This document shows, piece after piece, positions 51,795 to 62,060 of a stretch of DNA of 64,000 bases. Under the pieces are notes generated by a model. That model was not told the DNA's origin. It saw only the letters and a program-made list of their open reading frames with translations, and did no database searches. This DNA is from Camelus ferus. Taxonomy: Eukaryota. The stretch spans positions 20,090,001 to 20,154,000 of the forward strand of contig NC_045697.1 in NCBI RefSeq assembly GCF_009834535.1, in the 5' to 3' direction. The number at the start of each line of letters is the position of its first letter. The stretch's first letter is position 1. The position numbers were made by a program, and so were the translations under genes.

Positions 51795-52632
51795 TTTTGT
51801 TATTGTAGTAAAATACAAATAACATAAAATGTATCATCTTAAACATGAAGTGTTTAGCTTAATAGTATGAATACACTCATAGTGTTGTGCAACCAACGCC
51901 ACCATCCATGCCTTAACTCTTCTTATCTTGTAAAACTGAAACTCTACGTCCATTAAACAATGGATCATCACTCCTCCCTCCCCCAGCCCCTAACTATCAC
52001 CATTCTACTTTTGTCTCTGTGATTTTGACTACCCGAAATACCTCCTGTAAGGGCAGTAATACAGTATGTGTATTTTTGTGACTGGCTTGTTTCATTTAGC
52101 ATAACGTCATCCGAGTTCATCCATGTTGTGACATGTGTCAGAATCCCCTTCTTTTTTAAGGCTGCTTAATGTTCCATTGCATGAATATAAACACATTTTA
52201 CTTATCCATTCCTGTGCTGATGAACCCTTAGGTTGGTTCCACATTTTAGCTACTTTGAATAATGAATGTAGCTATGAGTATACAAGTGTCTCTTTGAGAC
52301 TCTGCTTTCAGTTCCTTAGGGTATATCCCCAGGAGTGGAACTGCTGCATCACGTCGTAATTCTATTAGCAATTTTTGAGGAATTACCATATTGTTTTCCA
52401 CAACAGCTCTACCATTTTACATTCCCATGAACAGTGTACCAGGGTTTTGATTTCACCATAATTTGATAATTTAGTTTTTTGCTTGTTTTTGTTTTGATAG
52501 AAGCCATCCTAATGGGAATGATATAATATCTCATTGGGGTTTTGGTTTGCATTTCCCTAGTAATTATATTGAGCATCTTTTCACATGCTTATTGGCCATT
52601 TGTCTATCTTCTTTGGCGAAATGTCTGTTTAT
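51795..52632 (-). mobile_element. L1MB (L1MB2/3-like) 3' end and ORF2 tail
   Basis: 'attgtagtaaaatacaaataacataaaat...aaaactgaaactctacgtccattaaacaa...ccaggagtggaactgctgcatcac...ttgagcatcttttcacatgcttattggccatttg'. Confidence 0.92.
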
Positions 52633-54549
52633 GCATTACAGGATCTGTGTGTATAACAGCTCTCTCCAAGTGAGTAAATGGCTGCTTAAAATTCTAATTC
52701 TAATTCTGTGAACAGTAGAGTTGTAGAAAAATTGTCCATTGCTCATCTCTACATGCCAGGAGCAGAAGAAAAAGCATTATTCAATATGGAAGTCTAATAT
52801 ATAACTTAGGTGTTGTTTATAATCTGGGAAATTAGAAGAAGCATCAACTAGGGGGCAGAGACCGGGAGCCTTGATCCCTTTTCTCGCAGATAGTTTGGGC
52901 ACATCACGTATCCTCTTTAAGATTCAGCTTCATCATTTGCAAAATTAAATTATGTACTGTTAGTTACATTTTTAGGCCAAATAGCTGTAATTCTGTTTTT
53001 TTTTAATATTCCAGTTACAGTTGATACTTATCATTCACCTAGTTCTTAGCAGTGAAGAGTATGTATACATACATACACATCCTGACCTTTTTCTCAGTGT
53101 TTTGGGTACCTAATCTCTCTACTACCTGTGTGAACAAGAAATGCATCTCTCAATTATTTGATCACCATCTTGAGGAGTTAAGCCGGATGCAGACCTACTG
53201 ATAAAGAAAAAAACTCAACTTTAAATAAATTCTCCTAAATTTACCAACCTTTTCTAGAAGGAATAGACTGTAGATTTTTGTCCGAACATTCTTCTATGAC
53301 TGACGATCTGAGAATGTCTTGTACCACTAATCAGTTCAGAAAACGGCACTCTGTCTGAGTGTATCTCCTCTGCAGTCTTTGCACTATTATAAGACAGCCT
53401 TTTCTTTAAAAAATTGCATTTCAGTCATTTAATGAGTTCATGCATATTTGTTAGATTTTTGGTCCACTCTGTTTTATCTTTTTATAAAAACATAAAATTT
53501 CATTACCACTGCTTATCTTATCAATTTCCCTGTAAATTATTGCCTGAGGAGTGTCCAAATATGCAGACAATATTAATACAAAGAACAGTTTTATGGGCAT
53601 TAATCTTATATTTGCTTAAAACAATCTGCTTAGATCATAAATCATGTAGTGTTGCATAAATTTTGTGCATTTAAGTATCCTGCGAAATTTCATGTTGATT
53701 ATAGTCTGGCACATGTTCTTTAGTTAGCTGGTCTTTTGTCAAAGTCTGTTAATGTAGGAAGATAGTTTTTAAATAATTATTGTACAGAACATGTTCCATT
53801 ACCAGGATCAAGGTGTTCTGCTGCTATAATTGAATAATGAGTCTTTTTCCAATTTGTAGGAAAAAAATACCTAATGGAGATATTTTTAAAACAGTATGTT
53901 TTTCTTCCAGATATGTTTGTCTTAGAACACAAACTCTCCTTGTTCCTTATTGACCCCATGTGTGTGTGTAAGATAGTATCTGAAATGCCACAAAACTGTG
54001 TATTTGGAATTTAAAAGTGCCGTATAATCAGTATCTCAGTATTTCAGTGGTGTTCCACTTAAGCACTGTGACTTGCAGCTGCTAAACCAGCTGAATAATT
54101 GTGAGAAACACTGATCTAAGTAAGAACTTAAAGAATATAGAAGGGAAATCATACACGTAGAAAAGATAAACTTGATATTCCTGGCTAATAAAACTCTGAG
54201 TATTACAAGATGTGCTAACCCATCTAGCGTAACTAAACTAAATCATTCATCAAGTCCCCTTAACAATTTTTCAGTAGGAAACTGCTTTTGAGATTGCCAG
54301 CCAAACAGAGTGGATATTAAAGCACAGTTTCTCCTTATTGGGCTAAAAATGCTCCTCATGTTAAAACATTTTTATAAGTTCATTTACCAAAAGTAACGGC
54401 CATTCAAACAGTGAAGCTAATTTTATTTGAACATTTGCATGAAAAAAAAAGAGCCTTGTTTTGAAAGCCAGAATGCTGCAGAAGAGTTAGAAACTGACTT
54501 TCAATGATGCGGATAGGAATCTCTGTTTCCAAACCTCAGAATTACAGCT

Positions 54550-54660
54550 GAGAGAGAGAGAGGAGCAAAAGCAAGAGCGAGAGTGAGAAAAGGAAAGAAG
54601 GCAGGAAAGCAGGAAGCACAAGACGAGGAGGGAAGGAAGGAAAGGAACAAAGAAGGAAAG
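54550..54660. repeat. GA-rich polypurine tract
   Basis: Read directly. Confidence 0.75.
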
Positions 54661-57600
54661 TCAAATTTGAAGACTAACCTCTGAGAGTGGGTGCAAAAAT
54701 GTGAGTCATTGCTATCCACATTACACAATGATGTTTTAATACAGAAAGGTGGATGTTTTTTTCAGATTTTAAGCATTTTCCTTTCTTTGCTTGATTTTGA
54801 CCCATTACTGAAAAGAATTTAAGAAGGTAATGTCATTATTTGCATAATCAAGAAATACAGAAACTCATTTCTCCCTCTGCAAGCTGCTGTGTATGATCAA
54901 GATATATACTTTGCAAAGTAAGACAGCTATGGAAAGTCACTCACAATTGGGAATGCCAAGAGCATGACATATATTCCTGGATTCATTTGACATTTAAAAT
55001 GAAAGCTTCTTTTCAAATCTAACATACACATTTTTGTTAAAAGTAAACATTTTAGTTGTACCGTAAATTTATTTTACCACTTATTCAGTCATATTTTAAA
55101 AAATAATTTGAGGTTAAATTGTTCACCTCTCATGAATAGTTAATATGTGTATTGTCTTAGATTTTACCTAAGTGTAGTCAAGTAGAGCTGCTCTTGTTTT
55201 CCAAATGACACACTTTCTCTGTGAGTAAGTGTCTTATCTAAATTAACAAAGTCCCATGGGTAAAATAGCCATTGTCATGGGCTCCAGGTCAATATATTAG
55301 AGGAGCCTATAGTGTTAAACCAACTTCCGCGTTCAGAGATCTTCCTTTCAACCTTGTCTGATCTCCCTTCACTATAGCACTGCGTGCAGCTCTACAGTAG
55401 GAGGGATTCATGGCTTTGTCTCGTGAAGATGTAATACTTACTGTCTCTGATCACGGGGCAACAAGAGCAACCTTGAAGAGGCTGAAGTTTTGCCTAAAAA
55501 TGATGCTAGATTCCAGGAAGAAGCATCCATGAGTCATCCACCTGACATTTCGGAGAGTTAGAAGGACCAAAATCAATCACCCAGTTAAAGTTAGTAATCC
55601 TTTACTGAAAGTCAGACTTTCTGCCCTAAAATCCTAATAGGACCCAAAATCTCATTAGTTTAAATGAGAAATGTTGTAAAGTGCTACATGCATATCCAAA
55701 ATGTGCAAACACTATCCACAAATGTAGGTAAATTTTGCAAAATGCCAGAAAAGAAGTATGAAGCTATCAGGTAAGCATTCAAATTGCTTTAAACATTGCT
55801 ACTTGGCCTTCAAAATACTAAATACGATTATTAATAAACAGTTGTTTTATATACAGAAACATGCTCTTCTCTCTGGTAATTACTCTTTTCATCTGCTTTG
55901 CCTCCTTCTGTACAATTTTCTTCAATATTCTCTCAACTTCTTAAGGATTCATTTTATTGTAAGAGACAAAAACAAGGGCTAAATACAAAGACATAGTAAA
56001 ATCATGCTCAGATGAAAATAGTATGGTAGAGAAAACCTTATATCTGGTCCATTTGGCCAGAATGCCTCTCTTTGGCCTACAATAGGCAAAAGACACTCTC
56101 CAACTGTTGGGAATCCATAGGTTTTTCAAATTTTCCGTAGGTAACTATGACATTCTACAAATTATACTTGGAATATAATTCAAGAATTTTCTCTAATATC
56201 CTTTTGTTTAAAATGTTGTTGCAGAGGACATAAATTTGGGGAAAGCACATATAAATTGCTCCTAGTTAAGCATTAGCTGAATGTCATTGTATTGAGAGAC
56301 CTGTAGATAAAACAAAATTTAGAGTTTAAAAACAAATGAATGTTTTAAAAGGGAAAATGTTAACATACGAGATAGTCTGTCGAGGTCTACCCAAATTCAT
56401 ATTTGGGTAACAGAACATTAGCAGAATCTTCTCAGTTTACATACAGTAGACCTCTCAGAAGATTTCCCGTACATTTTCTCTGCAGTTCAGAGGTTATAAA
56501 GCTATTTATTTTGCAACTGAAATAGGGCAAGGGTCCGATCTTGAAATGTTTGGTCCAGATCTCAGAATTCCAAGGTGCTTCTCTGAGTACCTATGCTCAT
56601 GCTGTCATTGTTTAAACTTATTACTCACCCTTTAGGTCCAGTATTTGATTTAAAAAACAGTGGATGCCACTGCTTTAAGTTTTTAATAAATACCACGACC
56701 ACTTCACCCTTTCTGACCGCACGGAGAACAGAAAGCTTCTCTATTCTAGGTTTTTAGCCTCGTCCCATGATTAATTATCATGCCATCGCCACACAATAGC
56801 AGTTCAATTTAATTAGCTATATGGTTTTATAGACAGCTGAATCAAGACCTTCATTTTTCTGTATGAGATTTTATGCCCTTAGAGAGGCAAGCTTTTTCCA
56901 GATTAAAATTATTTCTGGCCATTATAGGAGAGAGAAAAATCTAGCAAAATGGAAACATAAAATATACCTCAAACATTTAATAATTTAATCTCAAACTATT
57001 GAAATAGTGATTGAATGAGAAATGAAATTATGTTATCTTTAATTAATGAAGACGATTAAATGGTAATTTGAGAAAATAGTTAAACTGGTTATATCAGGTA
57101 CAACCATCATGTATATTTAGGACTGATTGAGAGAGAAAAGGAAATGCAGACATTCCAATGTGCTTTTGGAGATAATTATCCACCTTTATTGCTGACTCTG
57201 TATTGCATCATGTATGTAGTTCCCGAAACAAGCCACTGTTCACTGAATGTCACCATTTATTCGCAGTTCCACAAGTTATTATATATATGAATGGTGACCA
57301 AATGGTTATGTAAAACATAAATTAATGCTTATTGATAATAATATATAATAACTATATATACATTTCATACACACATGTATATATGTGATCTATATGTTAT
57401 GCTATGTATGTAATCTATAAATTTTATGATCTACAAACATTACATTCAGCTTTCATATCATTTGGTAACCATTCAGTACTTCTAAAACTTTAAAGTTGAG
57501 AAAAAAAAAACTTTAAAGTTTAGGACTTTTTTGGAAAAAATGATGACAGCAGTAGGCCCCATTCCTCCTCAGTTTGTTTATGATTTTAAGTTATTCACAA

Positions 57601-58526
57601 GTCTTCAACCTCCCCATATCCAAAACGCATCATAGGAACTCCAGATTAATAACTTTCATATTTCACCACTTAGGGGACAAGATATAGAGTTGAATATATC
57701 AGAATTGCAGAACTGAGGGTTGTCACCCTGTTTCTCTGTAGTGTGATGCATCAGGATTTGATCAGTACCTTACTCAGGCAAACTTCAATCTACTTAAAGT
57801 AAAAATCTTCCCCAAATACTCCATTTAAGATTTGCAATGGATACTTTTTTTTATTTTAAGCAGAATCCCTCCATTTCATTTGCATAATATTGCTTACCCA
57901 GGTCACTCTGATTTTTCCTTATTTGCTCATTTAATGTTCTTTGCTTGACTGTTGTTTTTATTGTACATTATTGACAACATTTTCAAGGCATTTTGTACTG
58001 TTCGGTAACTCGTAAATCAGGACATAAGCAGTTTTTTAATGTGTTGTCCCTGTGGCTGATCTTTTGTCTTGCTCTAAAACACAATGTTTTATCCTTTCAA
58101 CTTATTTGTTTCCCCTTGTCAGTCATTTGCATGGATTTAAAAGCATTTCAGCGTCTTGCCAAATCTCTTTTTATCTTAGTTTTTCTCAGCCTTAATCTGT
58201 TTTCCTGTACTAAGTCTGTAATTCTGCCTCCACATTTCTTTTATTCCCCAGGAACTTACCTCTAATCACAGGCATTTTTTTTCCGGCATAAAACCTGCAA
58301 TACCCAGTGTTACTATTCATTCCATGTGGTTCTCACAGATGCAGGAGATCAGCATTTATATTAGCATTCTGGGCCACACGGATCCGTCTCCCTGGCTAGC
58401 AGCTCTTCCTACTAGTTTCTCAGCCAAATGAGAGAGAATGTCTGTTAGAAAGTTTGTGTGATGACTAGCACTGTTAATGATAAATATTTTTTAGTCATTT
58501 GCAGGCAGTATTTTCATTTGCTCAAG

Positions 58527-58557
58527 AACAACAACAACAACAACAACAAAAAAACAA
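58527..58557. repeat. (AAC)n microsatellite
   Basis: About 7 perfect units followed by A-rich decay. Confidence 0.9.
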
Positions 58558-59423
58558 ATCCAACTAGAATGCCAGTGTTGGCCACCTTTTTGACCTGAAC
58601 CACCTGATTCTAGATGTGGTGGTTTTCCCTTCTCAGTCGAGGGCACTTGTTTCACACCTACAGAGACGGCACCACCATCAGCCTCTGCCTTAAGCAGGCG
58701 GGTTAGAGAAAGACTTAAACTAACAGTCTGAACACACCTCAGGTACCTCCCGGTCTAATTCTGACCTTGCTTTTTCATTCTGCTGTTAACGGCTTTGGAA
58801 TTACTCACCTGACAGAATTCTCAAAATAGCGACCAGCATAAGATTGTTTCTGTTTCCAAGACTTTGGTCCTCCCTTCATTGCCTCGCCTCTTTCCTTTCT
58901 CTGCCAGGAAGCAGGTACTCAAACCCAGCTTGTTGAAATTAGGACCGTATCTCCTCATGGCAGGGGAGATCATTCCTGCTCCTGTACGTGCCAGAGCTCT
59001 GCTACAAGACCCATGGGGAGGTCCTGCAGCGGGGCAGTGACCTTCCAGAGGCCACTGCTGTGCTGCAGAAACGTGCATAACCCCCCCAGCCCCCTGCAGG
59101 TCCGGGTGGAGGCTGCTTACGTGGACTTCTCACACGTCCTTCAGCTGGTCCCCAGAGCGTGTGCAGTCACAGGGAGGAGGATTAATTCCAGGTGCTCCCA
59201 CTTATCCGCTGATGTAATGAATTTAAATCATTGACTATAAATATGGCCATGACACTAGCTACATGTCCTTTTCTTTTTTTGTTCCCTATCTTACATTGTT
59301 AAAATGTGTGATGCTCTTGCTTTCTTCATTTAGTCTGCTCCCTGTCTTTTTTGTTCTCCTTTTGGATTTAGCATCTCCGTTGCTTTCTATTTCACTTTTA
59401 TTCTCATGTGACTTTTTTAGTGA

Positions 59424-60200
59424 ATCATTCATTCATTCATTCATTCACTCATTCAACGAATATTTAATAAACACTCATGCCCACACTACTTGTAGTGCTG
59501 AGGAAGCAAAGGTAAATCAGACAGACGGCTCTGATTGAGATGACAGAGTATAAAAAGAAAATCAGTAAAAATTACAATAATTTATGCTTGCAGTAAGTGC
59601 CAAGAAGGAAATCAAAAGGCATGATGTGATAGAGAGCAGAGAATGATGCGTGAAGGAAGGATCTGCTTTACATTGTGTGGTCAGGACCACTCTTCCTAAC
59701 AGAAGTCTTTGAATCAAAACCTTGATGAAGCGGAGGGATGAGACGATCAAATACATAGAAGGTTAACGTTCCAGGAAAGGTAGGAGAGAGCAAAGGCCCT
59801 GTGGTAGAAAATAGTTTAGCTGTTAGAAGAACAAGAAAACCTGTGTGGCTGTAGAAGGGTGGTAACATAGAAGCACGGGAGTGCAATGAGGTTCAAGATG
59901 CTGTAAAAACCTTGTCGAACGTGAATAAAAGTTTCTATCTTTGTTTTGTCTTGTTTTTTTAATGGAGGTACTGGGAATTGAACTCAGGAGGACCTCGTGC
60001 ATGCTGAACATGCACTCTACTACTGAGCTATACCCAGCCCCTCTGCCTTATTTTCAATGAAATTATGAATTAAAGAGTTTTAAAGAGGGAGGTTCAGTTG
60101 GTTGGCTTATGTTTTAAAATGATTATAGCCAATGCAGTAGTCCAGGTGAGAAATGATGGTGTCCTGGACCTGGGTATCACTCATGATATTAAAGACATAG
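59424..60200 (-). mobile_element. L2 3' region with (ATTC)n tail, interrupted by a SINE
   Basis: 'cattcattcattcattcattcactcattcaacgaatattt...gtaagtgccaagaagg...gcaaaggccctgtggtag...gcagtagtccaggtgagaaatgatggtgtcctggacc'. Confidence 0.88.
59941..60041 (-). mobile_element. Short tRNA-derived SINE, camelid vic-1-like
   Basis: Minus strand: ggggctgggtaTAGCTCAGTAGtagagtgcatgttcagcatgcacgaggtcctcctGAGTTCAATTCCcagtacctcc followed by an A-rich tail; A and B boxes present. Confidence 0.85.
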
Positions 60201-60769
60201 ACAGGTATTTGGGTGCATTTGTAGATTTAGCTGACATATCATCCTATGTCTTTGGGGGAATATCATTCATCTTTTTGTGATACTTTATAATTTTCACATC
60301 TTTATAAGGTAGCCAAAGGTTTTACTTCACATACAGAATGACCCCAGTAAGATATGCAAGGTGTCTCCAGCGACCCACTACTGTCTGAGCAGAATACTGT
60401 ATTTCGGAATGGAGAACAATATTCACATACAGCTAACATTAACAATGAGAGAATCAAATTATAGACCAATGGAAGACTGAGTTTTTGAGAAGGAATGATA
60501 GAGGTAGCAACAAAAATGGCAGAATTTATAGAGGAGGTAAGTAGGCATCCAGTATAATGATTCATGACCTTGAAAGTGCATATAAAGTATTTAGTTTTGA
60601 TATAACAGACGATATTGGAAAAAACACATTTTAAATATTTTCACCTTAAACCAAAATAAAGAAAATTTTCTAAAGCACACAGTATGTTCCCTCATGACTC
60701 CTTACTGCTTAGAGTATATAGGATGTACAACTTCAGCACAGTGAGGCTCTTCAAAATCTGTTCTGTTCA

Positions 60770-61170
60770 CCTTTATTGGTTATTATTCCTAACACATAGC
60801 TCATGCTTTTGCCACTCAATTTTTTAATTATTTTTTGAATACATCATTCTTTTTTTTTTTTTGAAGTACTTACCTTTGCTCTTATCCCTCCTTGGAATAT
60901 TTCCCTCTTGTTTTGTCCAACTCTAAAATGATTATTTCAAGTAATATTACATTACCTTCTCTGTGAAAACTATGGTGAGGCTGCTAATGCCTTTCTCCTC
61001 TATAATCTGATAGCACTTACTATGCATCTTTAATTTGGTAAAGTCCAATTAGATAAGTTTGCATCCCTGGCCCTTCCACTAGTGTAAGAGCTACTTCTTA
61101 AATCCATGAATATTACTTATTTTTTTCTATGCATATTGACTGTACAGAACAGTAGGCTACCGATAAATAT
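60770..61170 (+). mobile_element. Degraded L2
   Basis: 'cctttgctcttatccctccttggaatatttccc...taccttctctgtgaaaact...ccactagtgtaagagct...acagtaggctaccgataaatat'. Confidence 0.6.
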
Positions 61171-61239
61171 AACAATTTAATTAAATTCTAATTTCACAAA
61201 AACCATAATCTAACCCACAAATCACAACTAAATTGATGT

Positions 61240-61728
61240 TGTAAGGGAGGAATAATATTTTCTCTACCCTTCTTGCTTCTTTGGCTGGTCTAATAATGAA
61301 ATTAACATAAGACAGATTAGCAGGGGAAAAACAAATCTAATTACAGACATAGTTACAGGGGCTCCCTAAGAATATGAGACCCACAGACAGGCAGTTGAGG
61401 CTTATATGCTACCTTGAGCTGAGGAGGAGCCCACAGGGGTCTGGAAGGGGAGGAAGACAATTCATAGGGAGATGGGAAGAGCAAAGGTTTGGTGAACCAG
61501 TGTTTTCCAGGCCGTGCAGAGGAGTTTTTCTGATGTAAAAAGGAGTTATCTTTGGTAATAGCTCACTTCCTGGCGCAGGCTCCATATCTATATTATTTTA
61601 GAAAATTAAGGAGCAGGTAAAAAGAAAAACTTCCTGAGTCTACTCCTGATTCTCAAAAATAACCAGCACAAAACAACCCTCATGCCTAAGAGCCACATTT
61701 TGGGGATGGCAGATTTTGTTCCTCTATA
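61240..61728 (-). mobile_element. ERV1 solo LTR, MER31/MER67-group-like
   Basis: 'tgtaagggaggaataatattttctctacccttc...aagacagattagcaggggaaaaacaaa' ... 'catgcctaagagccacattttggggatggcagattttgttcctctata'; degenerate 4-bp TSD atgt/ctgt. Confidence 0.85.
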
Positions 61729-61822
61729 CTGTGTCATTTGGACATTTTTAGCTGACGTGCTTACATTTTCTGGGTGTTACAAAAGAGTGGGAGGATCACG
61801 TGCTTCATAAATTTTTCTTCCA

Positions 61823-62060
61823 ATCATCATCATCATCATCATGGAGGCCAAGCCATGTCAGATGTTTTGCTAGTTGTTCCCCTGCTGTAGCTCAGTTAAT
61901 CCTACAGCATCAGTTTAGGTTGGTAGTTGCTAATTCCATTTTGGAGGGAGAAAATAAAGAAGCTCAGAGAGGTTAAGCAACTTTCCTGAGATCTCACAGC
62001 CGGGAGATACAATCCCCGGTCTCCAATCACAGAGTACTTGTCCTTTCCTCTGCATTCCCA
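61823..62060 (-). mobile_element. MIR SINE with (ATC)n tail
   Basis: 'gaagctcagagaggttaagcaactttcctgagatctcacagc' MIR core. Confidence 0.8.

Noticed and set aside
59965..60041. tRNA gene
   Set aside because: Has A/B boxes but also an A-rich tail, an internal duplication and an insertion site inside L2, which fits a SINE.
60337..60542. Plus-strand coding exon ending at GAG|GTAAGT
   Set aside because: Strong donor, but all three frames from the plausible upstream acceptor contain stops and the peptide is unrecognised.
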